A stretch of 64,000 bases of DNA from Narcine bancroftii. Its lineage: Eukaryota. Shown here one piece after another: positions 13,652-28,441 of this stretch (position 1 is its first letter; each line of letters opens with the position of its first letter). A program made the translations under genes and the position numbers. The notes below the pieces were generated by a model. The model searched no databases and was not told the DNA's origin. It worked only from the letters and a program-made list of their open reading frames with translations. The stretch is taken from NCBI RefSeq assembly GCF_036971445.1, contig NC_091472.1, positions 298,282,001-298,346,000 of the forward strand, in the 5' to 3' direction.

Positions 13652-14425
13652 GTGAGTGATATATTTTTATATCATAATTAAAAATCAAAATCTAATGATC
13701 TCAGGCAGATTTTAATGTGTAAAGTGTAGTTTTAACCCTGATTTCAATTTCACTAATATGAAGACCCCAATAGAGGTTCAGATCACAGAATTCAGTGAGA
13801 TGGTTATTTTAAAATTACAACTTAGGATTTCTACATAGGTTGTCTCTGCAAAAGGCAACAGATTTCTCATCTAGATGAGATCATGGTGCCTTTAACATTC
13901 ACAATGAATAAGTCAGCATTGGTCTGTATTTATGAAAAAATGTTTATAATCTCTCTTTTTTTCATAAATATGGCTGAAATTATATGAAAAAATAAGATTG
14001 CTTTAATGAGGTGCCTTGCTTCTGTTATCAGTTACTTTGGAAGACAAAAGCAATGTTGCTTGATGTCAATGACTGTATAATTTCTAAATAGCCCATTTGA
14101 AGGAGCAAATTAGATAAACAGAATTGATTTCTTCTTATTTTACAGCTTATTTCACTTTTTTCACTTGGTATTGGCCTTTGTGCAAGAACAAACAGGACTT
14201 TAGAATTTCATGAGCAATGCTCTGCAGTGTCCTACATTATAGCCATCACATGATAACTGCAGCATTCATAAATTTGCAGGATTTATTTTTTTTTCCAGGA
14301 AAGTTCAATATTTTTAAATGCTGTTTAATTCAAAATAGTTTGTTCTCAAAAGGTTAAGTACAAAGGCAGTACTGTTACATTGCTCTCTCTTACATGAATC
14401 TATTGTTTGTTTTCTTTCTGCACAG

Positions 14426-14515
14426 GCAGACAAATTCCAAATGTATGTCACGTACTGTAAGAATAAACCTGACTCTAGTCAGTTAATTTTAGAGCATGCA
14501 GGAGCATTTTTTGAT
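14426..14515 (+). CDS. KALRN: Kalirin DH1 exon: [30 protein letters not shown]
   Basis: cacag / gtaag, 90 nt, phase 0 to 0. Confidence 0.96.
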
Positions 14516-15004
14516 GTAAGTTGACTTTACCTTTACTGTCTGATTTTGTTTGCAATTGAAAAGATAAATCTTGCAACTAGAATTAGAATATATCAATTAA
14601 AATAGTAATGCCAATGGCAATATTCATTTTAATTATAATTTTTACCTTAGCAATCCTTTTCTTCCCAAAATCTATGCAGAAAATGTTGAATCATTTTGGA
14701 GATTTTTTTCAGTTCTTGTCTTTACTGATTTTTGTCATTCCTGGTTCAATACCTTTGTGTTTATGAAACATAAAGTTTAAAAAAACACACCTACTCACAA
14801 AATCTTTTCTCATGAATGGGAATTCACCAAATATTTCTCTTGTAGAACTCTCATCTGAAGTTATAGGAAACAAAACAAATATTGATGACAATATAAATTC
14901 TTAATTTGTTCACTTAAAGGAGCAGAATGTTTCAATTTACATGTTTTAGTCTTAAAATTTTTTAACATTTCTTTATTATTCTCATTTGATACCAATCTAT
15001 CTCC

Positions 15005-15910
15005 ATAAGACATCAGAGCAGAAATAGGCAATTCTGCCATTTAATCATTAGCTGATCCATTTTCCTACTCAGGCCCACTGCCGGCCTTCTCCCCATAACC
15101 TTTGATGAATTGGCTAATCAGGAACCTATCAATATCTGCCTTAAATACAGCCAATGATGGACTCCACAACTGCCTGTGGCAACATATTCCATATATTTAC
15201 CAACTTCTGGTTGAAGAAATACCTCCGCATCTCTGGTTTAATTGGATGCTCTTCAATCCTGAAGTTGTGCCCCCTTGTCCTAGACTCTCCCACCATGAGA
15301 AACAAACATTCTACAACTACTCTGTCCTGCCTTTCAACATTCAAAATGTTTCAATGAGTTCCTCCCTCATTCTCCTAAATTTCAACGAGTACAGGACGAT
15401 AGCTGACAAAGGCTCCTCAAATGATTACCTTTATATTCCCAGAATTTTTCCCAGAAACTCCTCTGAACCCTTTCTAACATCAGAACCTTAAAGAAGGTGC
15501 CCAAAAGTGCTCACAATACTCCAGGTGATGTCTCACAAGTGCCTTATAAAGCTTCAACATCACATTCCTGATCTTGTATTCTGTTCCTCCTGAAATGAAT
15601 GCCAGCATTTCATTTGCCTTCTTTACCACCAACTCAACCTGCAAGTTTACCTTCAGGCTATCCTGTCCAAGAACTCCCAGGTCTCTTTGCATCTGAGTAT
15701 TTTCAATTTTCTCTCCATTTTGAAAATTGTCCATTTATTTTTTTTCCTACCAAAGTGCATACACTTTCTAACATTTTATTTCATTTGCCACATCACTGCC
15801 CATTCTCCTAGTCTTAGTCCTTTTGCAGCCTCCTTGTTTCCTCAACACTACCTGCTTTTCCACCTACCTTCACATCATCTGCAAACGTAGCCACAAAGCC
15901 ATTCATTTCG
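15005..15910 (-). mobile_element. 5'-truncated CR1 LINE
   Basis: RDLGVL...KKAN.MLAFI...LYKALVRHHLEYC; SRTRGH...YFFNQKLVNIWN.LP. Confidence 0.9.
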
Positions 15911-16727
15911 TAAGACATGGATGGCATGCTGTATTTTTCCTTATCTTGTATCCCCCCAAGTCACTCTGCTCCTTATAATTCACACAACACTCAGCAGTGG
16001 ATTATCAGCAAAAATGATATATCACTCATGGTCTCTTCGTTGAAATTATTTATATGGATTGTGATAAGCTGGAGCTATCTGCAGCACTGATATTTCTTCT
16101 AAACAACTAAAAAAATTAATTCAGCTGGATAAAATAAGAAACAGTTATCCAGTAAATTTCCACTCTCTGACTCAGTGAGTTTGCTACCTTGTTTCATATT
16201 CAGGTGGCATGGTTCTTTAATTCCATATGACTTATCACTATTGGAATTTGCCAAGAGTGGGTGCCTTTATGGAAAATAAAGGGTTCACATTCAGTACTTT
16301 TAAAATTGTTGGAATCTGGATTATTTTAATTTAATATAATATTTTTAAAAATAATAATCACAGAGAAAAAGCAAAAAAAGTTTCATTTTTGATAAACCTT
16401 TGCTGATTTTAAAGTTTCTGGTATAGAAAGTCTTGAGCATGTTAAATTATCGTATTGAATCAGTGCTAACTTGCAATGCAGTGTATGCATGAGAACTTAG
16501 TTCATGTAATCATTGCATAAAATGTGTGGTGGGCACAAATTCATGCATGGAGCTTGACTGACACCCCCTTAAATAATAAACTGCTTTGGCAGATCTGCCA
16601 TTCATGTGGAGAAGCAGTGAGCAAAGATGCTGCATGCTTCTGGCAAACATATTTTCATTTGAGGTAGACAACTGAGGAGAACACTATTTTAAATAAATGG
16701 ATTCTGAGGACATCCTGGAAGAACAAT

Positions 16728-16915
16728 TGGGTGGCATGGTTAGCATTGCAGTAAGTGCGGCACTATTACACCACCAGCTACCCTGTATTGTCGTTTTCCC
16801 CGTGTCTGCGTGAGTTTTCTCTGGGTGCTCCTAACACCCTCCAAAACTTGGGTTGCAGGGTGTAATTGGGTGGTATGGGCAAAATTGGGCTTCTACCATT
16901 TTGTAAAATAAAAAA
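16728..16915 (+). mobile_element. Degenerate tRNA-derived V-SINE/HE1-like SINE
   Basis: tggcatggttagc head; core ccccgtgtctgcgtgagttttctctgggtgctcc; A-rich tail. Confidence 0.65.
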
Positions 16916-17235
16916 AAGAGAATGATGGGGCTTTTCACTGTCACACTCCCAGCTGCTACCCAGGTCGGGATAAGCCCTTGAAGTAAAGAATCAGTTTAAT
17001 CTTGCATCTAAGGATTGAACTGTTCACAAATTACATGTTCATTTCAGGGCAACATCAGCTATGTCTAAATATCGATTAATGTCGATTATTGTTTCTGCAA
17101 GTATATTTGATGTTTACGTGATCATGTTGGTATGATTGGTTTTAAAGTAATTTATCTGTGTACAATTTAATACTTTCCTATGGAATGAAACTTTGATTTG
17201 CATAAATTAGAAAGCAAATTTGTATATCACATTGA

Positions 17236-18051
<816 letters not shown>

Positions 18052-18678
18052 CTGGCCTGTGGCCATGATGGAGGTCATAGAAAAACACACATTATTCTCA
18101 GTTCCAAGAGACAAGAAAAACACCAAAGCTTAGTGTAGGCTAGCAAAAATTTGACCAAAGAGCAGGGAGAACCCTAGTACTGAAACTGGAAATAAGATTG
18201 ATTTTATTTATTTATAGGATAAAAGGAATCAGTTTTTTCTACTCATCCAAAATTTTTCTTGAGCAGAATGTAATTAGGGATGGACAATAACTGTAGTCCC
18301 TGCTACCAACATATATTTCACGTGGTAACGGGCTGCACAGATCTGCAAGAGGTACTGGGCTGACATCACAATTGTCTGGGTGGGGGTCCTGCAAAGGATT
18401 ATAGGAGTCCTGTTGATAAGCTCTTGGTGAGTTCCAGTAAAGTTCAGATGGTTGATTCAACTCACTACAGCGTCTGTTTTTTTTTTTGTTCGTTGCACGG
18501 CACGCCGACCACAAGGTGATTTTTTTTTTTAATTTGTCTTCACCATTATATTATCAGTTCCTTTACCTGTGCAACTTCTGTAAACAAATGCAGAAAGGAA
18601 TTTTTGTGGAAATTAAATAATTAAATGCTGATTTGTTTTTATTTTGATTTGTAGCATTTTCAATATTTATATCAATAG

Positions 18679-18858
<180 letters not shown>

Positions 18859-18870
18859 TAACATTCACAA

Positions 18871-19385
18871 TTTCAGAATCAGAACTTACTGTCATAAATA
18901 AATCATAGTGCAAACATTCATATTATAAATAACATAAGACATTACTACATATATATAAAAAAAGTGCACAAAAAGTAAGGCAGTGTCTTTGGTTCATTGG
19001 CTATTCATGAATCTAATGGCAGCGGGGAAGGAGCTGTCCTTGTGCCATTGAGTGTTTGTCTTTAGGCTCCTGTACATTTATCCTGATGGTACCAGAGTGA
19101 AGAGGGCATAGTCTGGATATGAGGTTTTTGAGGATAGAGAACACTGCCTCATGTAGGTGTCCTCAATGGAGTGAAATCTGATGTCTGTGATGTTGCAGGC
19201 CAAGTTAACAACCTTCTGGAGTTTATTCCTGTCCTGAGAGTTGGCTCCTCTATACCAGGCAGTGATGCAACCAGGCAGAATACTCTCCACAGTACACCTG
19301 TAGAAGTTTATGAGAGAGCCTTTGGTGACAAGCAAATCTCTTCAGACACCTCACAAAGTATAGTTGCTGGCGAGCCTTGTTTGTT
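18871..19385 (-). mobile_element. Rex1/Babar LINE 3' fragment
   Basis: KARQQLYF, NFYRCTVESIL.GCITAWY...LQKVV, LFTL.PSG; (ttctga)n tail. Confidence 0.85.
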
Positions 19386-21638
19386 GAACCAACTTGCATC
19401 CATACCAAGCCTTTTAAATAGTACAATTTATCTTGCATCGACTACATCTATTTTGATTTGAGGGACATTCTTGGTATAATAATGCCTGTAGACTTATCCA
19501 GTTAGCTGAATATAGTCTTATTCTGCATTACTGGGTTCTGCATTTAAAACTAAGATTTCAGATATGTGACCTTGATTGACCACCTCTAAGATTTCATTGG
19601 ATGTTCAGGTCTACCTTAGTCAAATTGAAAGTTCTATGTTAATCATTATTTCATTAATCACAGACTAGTACACCAGCAACTAAGTTGATTTTGAGTATTG
19701 GTTTTCACTCTATTTCAATAACTAGTACAAGTTAAAACAAAAGAGTGATTATTTTCCACGGTAGGTCAAGGAAAATTAAGAGGTATCAAGTTGAATGTTT
19801 AGCGGTCTCCAATTTCAACTAGTGCCATAGTTTGGAAACCAGAAAGGGTTCAGACCCAAAATATAAAAAGCCTTTTACATCCTATGGATTCTGTGTGACC
19901 TGCTGAGTTTCTCTTGCACTTTTGGGTTGTGCCATAGGTGACTGCTTTGCTCCTATATCATAAAAATCTTCAAAGCCTTTTAAATCTGTACAATTTGAAG
20001 ATTGCCAAAGCACAATATTTAAAGTGTGTTGGTCACCATCTCAAAATCTCTGTTCTGCACCTGGTTCAGCCTTTTTGAAATTCTGCAAAGTGCATTTGGT
20101 CTTGAAAGTCTTAACATTTTTTACATCATTCTAATCCAAACAAACTCATTATTTGAGCACCTAAAATTGATTTACCATAAATAATAAAACTTGCATTGAT
20201 TATGTTTAAATCTATATGATTGGCATATTTTTGGCTGGTGCTTTTCTAATTAACTCATTGTTATTTTTATGAAATTCAGAATTAAACTATTATTGTTCCA
20301 TAAACTCTTAACTTTTAATTAATCTTACAGCCAAATTATTTCAAGATTATCTTTCTTTGCAGAAAATATGCCTTCCCTGGTAAACTTAGAGATGAGAATG
20401 AGTAAAAGAAAGACAAGTGTGGTATAAAAACTTCACTTTTAAGTTTTATATCTTTGTGTATTTGTTGAAGGTTGCACGTGGAATTGTCAGTAATGTATAA
20501 TGACTGAAAAATAACATTATTAAATAAAGATCTGTCTGAACTCAGTCAGCTACTTTATATGTTAGATACCAGAATCATAATTTAATTTTTAATGGTTCCT
20601 GACGTGATCAATTATGTTGAAAATTATTTCTGTATCTTACAAATGAAAGTTTGGAATGAAATAGCTTTTATTTGCTGTTTGTAATAATATTTCAGCTTTT
20701 TAAATGCAGAGCTAAAAAAGAATCTGCTCAAATAACATCAAAATCTTGACCTAGCAATGAAAGCAGGAATGATGGAAGAAAGTGTCCGGCATGCACTAGA
20801 AGGTCCAAACTGGCCTGTTTCTGTGCTACAATTGTTAATTGTTAATGCTCAAAGTCCCAGCACTTCCTTCCATGACAGCATTTCCAAAGATTTTAGCTGT
20901 GTCCTTTCAATATTAATCGTATTCTCTCTTTCTGCAGATTATAAGCCAATAGTAATGCAGGATTTTCTCCTATTTCATTAATTTCTAGTACTCTTATTTA
21001 TTTTCGTCTGGGCTCCATTCATCCCTTCTCATTTCCTAAAACATGAATCTGGTTCCACCAACTATTTAGTGCCTCTTTCAAATAACAAAATAGCAATTCC
21101 ACTGAATTGAAAAATTGAACTATGGTTGGTTTTAAAGTGCTATGGAAAGAACAGAGTCTGATCCAAATCGCATCTGTGATGTTTGCTAGTAATTAGGAGT
21201 GGAAACGAACCAGAGTAGAATGTTTATCTGCCATCCTCATGGAATCCACTAAAGCAGCGCAGCTAGGAAAATTCTACATAACTGTATGACTTAGCTGCTC
21301 GTTGAATTAATCAATTACCTTATCAATGGTTTAAAATTGCCAAGTATCAGAGAAATTACACGACATACAAAACAAACTCAGCAAAACCTAACCAGATTAT
21401 CTTGAATTGGACATTTTGATAGAAGCTAGTTCAAATGCTGTTCTAACAAGAACTAGTTCTGCTATTCACGCACACATGCACATTTCACAATTATATTACA
21501 TGATGTGTAATATAAATGAACTAGGGAAAAGTGCAGAACAGAAACAGGCTCTTCAGCACACTGTGTACATAGCAACCTATCTACATTAACCCAGTCGATC
21601 AGCACTTGTTCTGTAGCCAATTGTGGCTCATGTAGATA

Positions 21639-22273
21639 TAGGTACTCCCTGACTTGCAACCTATGTATGCAACTTGTATCCATCCGCATATACAACCAAT
21701 TTTTTTTTTAAATATTGTTTTTGACAAACTATTACAGAGATACAGGGCATGTAAGAGCCAAGATGTGCGTACTTACTTTGTTAGTTGATGTCCCGGGGTC
21801 CGTAGGCTGGGCGCAGCCATCTTAATTTCTGCATACATGCGCGGTGGGTTTGCGTATTAGAGTTCAGTTGGCGCATGCGCGAGAGTTAAGGGCCTGAATT
21901 TAATATCGTTAGAGTGCTTAATTCTCACACATGCGCCTACCAAACTCCAAAACTTGAACCCACTATGCATGCACCACCTGTAGGCTCGCACATGTGCAGA
22001 GGAATCAAGATGGCCGCACCCATCCTACGGACTCTGTGATGGCGACTAACAAGGTAAATGTGGTCCAAAATGTGGAAAGATTTGCCAAAGTTGATTGTCA
22101 AATTCAGGAAGCTTTAAGTTGTTATCATCAAATCTATGATGAAAAAAATGATTAAAAAGTTTGCTTTAAGATTTCAGTATTCCATATGTGCAGGCAAAAT
22201 TCCAACTTGCATCCATTTCAAGATAAGACCAATACTTTGGTCCCAATTACAGTTGTAAGTAGGGGAGTACCTG
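21639..22273. mobile_element. Tigger/pogo-like non-autonomous DNA transposon with an internal palindrome
   Basis: TIRs (t)aggtactccctgacttgcaac / gttgtaagtaggggagtacctg, TA on both sides. Confidence 0.75.
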
Positions 22274-22340
22274 TACTTAAACTACTGCCTCCACCCATCT
22301 TCTCAAGAAGTGCATGTCAATTCTCAGGTATTGTGTTCTT

Positions 22341-24225
22341 TTTTTTAAAAAAATTATTTTTCACACTATGAACCATATTAACCAAAATACACATGAACAT
22401 TTCCCTCTTGAATATACCCAGTGTCATTTTCTCCCATTTCCCCCCCCTTCCTTCCCTCCCTCCTTCCCACCCCCCTCCCTACCCACTAAACATTCAACAT
22501 ATGCAATACAATAAACCATTAAACAATGTCATCACACAATGAAAATAAACAAGAAAATTGTGTAATCTACTGTTACACACTGGGTCAGTTCATTTTGTCT
22601 TCTCATTCTGTCAGTTTAGAGGGTGGAGGTCTGCGGTAGGCCCTCTCTGTTGTGTTCCATGTATGGTTCCCAAATTTGTTCGAATACTGTGATGTTATTT
22701 TTTAAATTATATGTTATTTTTTCCAATGGAATACATTTATTCATTTCTATGTACCATTGCTGTACTCTCAGGCTCTCTTCTGATTTCCAGGTTGACATTA
22801 TACATTTTTTTGCCACCGCTAAGGCTGTCATAATAAATCTTTTTTGTGCTTCATCCAAATTGAGACCTATTTCTTTACTTCTTATATTTCTTAGAAGAAA
22901 GATCTCTGGATTTTTTGATATGTTGCTTTTTGTGATTTTATTTAATACCTGATTTAGATCTTCCTAAAACTTTTCCATTTTCTCACATGCCCAAATTGCA
23001 TGTACTGTTGTTCCCATTTCCTTCTTACAGTGAAAACATCTATCTGATACTGTTGGGTCCCATTTATTTAACTTTTGGGGCGTGGTATATAGCCTGTGTA
23101 ACCAATTATATCAATAAAAGAATTACATAAGAAATTGAAGGAATATGGAGAAGTATCGGGGTACAAGATCAACGCAAATAAAAGTGAATCGATGCCAATA
23201 AATAATGCTGATTTCACCAAGTTTAAATGGCAAACACAAGCAATCAGATACCTAGGTATTAGACTAGATAATAATCTAGGTCATCTATACAAATTATATT
23301 ATCAGCCATTAATGAAGAAATTACAAGATGACTTAGAACATTGGAAAGATTTACCACTAACACTGATAGGAAGGGTAAATTGCATTAAAATGAATATCTT
23401 CAATCGTTACCAATTCCCTTAACAGAGAAATTCTTCAATGAGCTAAAGAAAAGAATAAGGAAATTCTTATGGAAAGCGGGGGAAACTGAGGATAGCACTA
23501 GATAAATTAACAGAATGGTACAAACAAGGGGGCTTACAGCTACCAAACTTTAAGAATTATTATAGAACAGCACAATTAAGATATCTATCAGATTTTTATC
23601 AAACAAGGGAAAAACCAGATTGGACCAGGTTAGAGCTAGATAAAATAGGGGAGAAGGTACCAGAACATATACTTTATAAGTGGGATGAAAAGCTGGTGCA
23701 ACATAGAAGTTCACCAGTACTGCACCATCTGCTCAACATTTGGGAGAAGATTCAAGTAGAAAGGAAAAAACAAATTACCAACCTCCAAAATTATTATTGA
23801 CGCAAAATCAACTAATTCCTTTCACAATGGATAACCTTCCCTTTCGAGAATGGCAGCAAAAAGGGATCAAAAGAATAGAAAATTGTTTTTTGGGAAATAA
23901 TTTATCTTTTGAACAAATAAAGTACAAATATGGTATAACTCACGGTACAATGTTTGCATACCACCAACTGAAAACCTACTTGAAGGACAAATTGGGAAGC
24001 AGGCTGAGGTTACCAGAAGGAAGCAGCTTTGAATATGTGATTACAGACACAATGATAATTAAAAGATTTATAACAAACATGTACATCAAGCTGCAAGAGA
24101 AAGAGAATGATGAAATAAGCTGTAAACCCAACCAAAAGTGGGAACAAGATCTAAACTTAAAGATGAAAAATGGGAAAAGCTATGCTCTGGAACTATGAGA
24201 AATACAATAAAAACGAGGTTATGCA
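22341..24225 (-). mobile_element. L1-clade LINE with 5' inversion (3' part on minus 22341-23110; inverted part on plus 23111-24225)
   Basis: 15-bp TSD aggtattgtgttctt (22326-22340, 24226-24240); motifs YGEVSGYKIN, YLGI, LPLTLIGRVNCIKMNI, GGLQLPNFKNYY on +, ALAVAKKCI...IWEPY on -. Confidence 0.93.
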
Positions 24226-24336
24226 AGGTATTGTGTTCTTGAAGTGAATATGCATTGTAAGAGCTTCACATGAATTGTTTGTAAATATTGTCCTTTATGT
24301 ACAATAATTTTTTTTTCATGTTCCACCTATGCTCAG

Positions 24337-24527
24337 GATTTGATGAAAACTTTGATGTTCAGGGTGAACTCATCCTTCAAGATACCTTCCAAGTGTGGGA
24401 CCCCAAATCACTCATTCGGAAAGGACGGGAACGACACTTGTTTCTCTTTGAATTAGCTTTGATTTTCAGCAAAGAGATCAAGGATTCCTCAGGACATAGC
24501 AAATATGTTTACAAACACAAGTTACTG
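24337..24527 (+). CDS. KALRN: Kalirin PH1 exon: (G)FDENFDVQGELILQDTFQVWDPKSLIRKGRERHLFLFE...YVYKHKLL
   Basis: ctcag / gtgag, 191 nt, phase 1 to 0; embedded in ORF 24288..24575. Confidence 0.97.
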
Positions 24528-24688
24528 GTGAGTTCAGTACTTTACATTCATACAATTTCCTTAATTACCACTTGAACAGCATTTAATGAAATGGTCTATA
24601 ATCTATATTTATCAGTATTCTATATTACAAATGTGCAAGAAGATATATAGACATTCAATAATGTTTCTAAAATCTCTTTCTAATATTT

Positions 24689-24776
24689 ATACATATATAT
24701 ATAGATATCTATATATATCTATATATATGTATATATAGATATCTATAGATATATATATAGATATCTATATATATAT
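24689..24776. repeat. Palindromic (AT)n / atagatatctat low-complexity tract
   Basis: Repeated self-complementary tatatagatatctatata. Confidence 0.85.
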
Positions 24777-25734
24777 TTCTCTATCATTTCCTTTGGACCT
24801 CTCTGATAATTGTATCTTGAATTGTATTTGATTAAAGGTTTCTTACATTCATGCTGCTGAAGTTCAAGTTTTAGAAGCTCAGAACCCTATCAGTCTTAAT
24901 GTCCTTATCTCTGTTTCATTTATTTTGCTTTTTATTGTCCCTTTAAGGGCTATAATTGGCTTTGGAGCACACATGCATCTCTACAATAATACAGCACTTT
25001 CTTTAATGATAAACCTATTCATGAAACAGTTGAAATCCAGAAAGGAAAACTTTGCCTTTGCATTCTTGTGTCTTGATAAAACTGGCTCATTATCAAACAA
25101 GTCAAGATGAAAGATATACAACTGATAACATGACTTTCTGTACCTACAAGTTAGATCAATGAAATATTGAATAACTAATTAATAATTAAACATTAACATG
25201 ATTGCCAACACTCATGTTTATCCTGAAGTAATGCCACCACTGACAACTGGTTGGCTCTGCAGACAACCAGTACATTAATATATAGAAAAAAATCTCATGA
25301 TCTTAAAACCTGGCCTCTGATCATGTGGAACCTGCAAGCCATGTATTAAATATGCACATCTTATTCAGGCCTATGAAACAATGACTTCTATTTAAACAGT
25401 GCCTTTTACAAGGCAAAACTTCCCAAGAGGCTTCACAGGCTTGACATCAAGCTATTTAAAGAACTGTTATTCTTGATGTCAAATAGTTTCTCAAATATGT
25501 GTGTCATAAGGAAAGCCCTGAAGGAACAAAGACAGGTGGAAGAGCCTAAAGAGGTAATTGTAGAATCTGTATACTGCAGTTAAGAGTGTACTGGTCTTGT
25601 TGTGGCTTGATGGAGCAGTATCAAGTCACAACAGGTTCTGATTAATGATACTATAAACAACTTCATTTTGACCCAAATGTGTATGAAAAAAATCAGCTGT
25701 TATTTTTAATTTATCTTATTCCTTCAATTTCCAG

Positions 25735-25836
25735 ACATCAGAGTTGGGGGTAACAGAGCATGTAGAAGGTGATCCCTGCAAATTTGCTTTGTGGGTGGGC
25801 CGAACACCTTCCTCAGATAACAAGACAGTCCTTAAG
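25735..25836 (+). CDS. KALRN: Kalirin PH1 exon: TSELGVTEHVEGDPCKFALWVGRTPSSDNKTVLK
   Basis: ttccag / gtaat, 102 nt. Confidence 0.96.
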
Positions 25837-26194
25837 GTAATTTTCACCAGATTGATTTGTTTTATAATGAAACAAATAGGATAATGCATGACCTATATTC
25901 TTCAGTAAGAAATAGTTAAAGATCATTGTTTTAAAAAGTAAAGATGGATTCACCTTTTTTATTCAAAAAATGAGACTGGCTGTATGTTAAATTAAAAACT
26001 GAAAATGTGTAATGTCATTATAAGCTGCTTTCATCTCAAAACATTTATTTTGTTCAACCTGAAATCCAATATTTATGTCTTGATAATGTACCCGGACTTC
26101 AGGGTTCAGTGCTTCATGCAGCTGAAGAATAATGGTTTTGGAAATGTGCATGGATGAAATATTGGCAACATGATACCATAGAAATTACCCAGAA

Positions 26195-26855
26195 ACAAAT
26201 TTGTTTATTGTCACATGGTGCAATGAGAAGGGTTCATTCCATGAGAAGTCCAGCAAGTCAAATCTCAAACCTAATGTGCATGCAGCAGTAAAAAAAAATA
26301 GAAGAACAAAGGCACATTTCAGTGTGGTGTTACAGTGAAAAGATCAATTAGTACATTGCAAGGTTTGCAAAGAAACACTATTGAGATGTTAAGGAATTTC
26401 ATGGTTGTGAGGAAAAAACTGTTGGTGCAGGTTTTTGGACCCATGAACTTTCTTCCTGATGGGAAGAGGGAGAAGAATATGTGGCCAGAGTAAGATGGGT
26501 CCTTCAGTAAATTTACTGCTTTTCTAAGGCAGCATGAATTGTGAATGGAGTTGATCGAAGTCTGTGATGATCTGAGTTTCATTCACCATTTTCTTCAGCT
26601 ATTGATCGAGAGGAAAGCTGCTCCCATACCACACTGTGATGCATCTAGCTTGGGTGCTTTTGATGGTGCACCTGTGAAGTCATTCAGGGGAATGGGGGAA
26701 ATGCTGAACTTCCTTAGGAAGTAGAGCCATTGGTGCACTTTCTTGACTGTCTCCTTCATGTGGTTGGTTCAGGTTAGATCAATGGAAATGTTTAAACTCT
26801 AGAACTTGAAGATATTCACTATTTCTGCTTTACCATCATTGATGTGGAACAAGCA
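26195..26855 (-). mobile_element. Old Rex1/Babar 3' fragment
   Basis: CLRKA..LLKDPS..GH.FFSL.PSGRK. Confidence 0.7.
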
Positions 26856-27577
26856 GCTGTTGTAGGAATATCTCATTTATTGGTACATGAATGAATTCTC
26901 ACGCTTGAAAGACTCAGTAATAAAAAGGAGCCTTCCCCAGCTACTGTTCTTTGAAAGAAATTAGTTTTCACCAACTTTGTGGAATTAATTTGAAATAATG
27001 TGGAATCAAAATTCAGATGATGTTTGTTGTTTCTAACTTGGAGGGTTTATTTTGGACAATTTGATAGCAGTTAAGAGAAATAATTTAAATTATGTTCAGA
27101 ATTAAACAAGAATGAAATCCCATAGAAACAAAAACACTATAAAAACTTAAATCAAAGCTGCTTTCGCATCAGAACAAACTTGTGAAATGAAAGTAGCTAA
27201 TACTGATTTTACAGTCCTCCATATTTCATATAATGCAGCAGGCAGACAGTCAAAATAGAATGTTTAGAAAAACATCTTCTAATTCTTTACCTGTTTAAAA
27301 AAATAATTATTTATTTCTATATAATACAGATCATGCTGTATTCCATTTGTTTTCATCCATTCATATTGTGTTATTAGACAAGAAAGTTTAACGATTGATA
27401 ATCTTTACCTGTTTGTCATTAATATCCTGCATATGTATCCAATAATTATACATTGGCTAAGAATTTTCAGGGATTTTCTCCTACTCTGTCACCAAATTTG
27501 AAATGTGCTTTGCAAGCCATTGACATTTTGTCACAATATGTTAATGTTTAAGATTTCTTGCCTTTTTTTTTCTTCAG

Positions 27578-27720
27578 GCTTCCAATATTGAAACAAAGCA
27601 GGATTGGATTAAGAATATTCGGGAGGTAATACAAGAAAGAATTATTCACCTGAAAGGAGCTCTGAAAGAACCCATCCAGTTGCCCAAAACCCCAGCAAAA
27701 CAGCGGAATAATAGTAAAAG
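27578..27720 (+). CDS. KALRN: Kalirin PH1 end exon: ASNIETKQDWIKNIREVIQERIIHLKGALKEPIQLPKTPAKQRNNSK(R)
   Basis: polypyrimidine tract + cag / gtacc, 143 nt, phase 0 to 2; KTPAKQRNNSKR is Kalirin-like. Confidence 0.96.
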
Positions 27721-28095
27721 GTACCATTTTCATTGGTGTATGTGCTGTCTTAATTTTGTAACCTATTTTATTTCACAATATTTGTGTGATTTTGTATTAT
27801 TAAGTCTACTCAAAATTACACACAAATAATTATCAAGAAGTCCATTTGACTTGCTGTGGAATATCTATCCAGAAGACCCCATTATCTCACCGCCTCTGCA
27901 CTTCCACTCCCCTCTTCCCCAACCCTGCTTCCACCATTAGCACCATTTCCCTTCCTCCACTTAGAACCACATTGAATGTATCCCAGTCTTTTCATCTCCA
28001 ATACTCTGCCTCATGGTCCTTTTCATCAAATTCTAACTTGATTTATTTGATGCACAATCCAGTTTAAGCAGGATCTCCTTTAATTAATTAATGGC

Positions 28096-28441
28096 TTTTT
28101 TTTTTTTTTTTTCTTCTTGGACTGCCTAAAGAAATCTCTTGGTGCCTGCCACATTGACCACCGCCAGTGGGCTGATAACGCCTCAAACCGTGCATCTTGG
28201 CGCCTCACAGTTTGGCGGGCAGCAGCCTCCTTTGAAGAAGACCGCAGAGCCCACCTCACTGACAAAAGGCAAAGGAGGAAAAACCCAACACCCAACCCCA
28301 ACCAACCAATTTTCCCTTGCAACCGCTGCAATCGTGTCTGCCTGTCCCACATCGGACTGGTCAGCCACAAACGAGCCTGCAGCTGACGTGGACTTTTTAC
28401 CCCCTCCATAAATCTTCGTCCGCGAAGCCAAGCCAAAGAAA
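28096..28441 (+). mobile_element. Young RTE LINE, copy 2 (3' about 320 bp) with extra T-tract at the 5' junction
   Basis: Near-identical to 8727-9050; TSD aattaatggc at 28086-28095 and 28442-28451. Confidence 0.93.
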
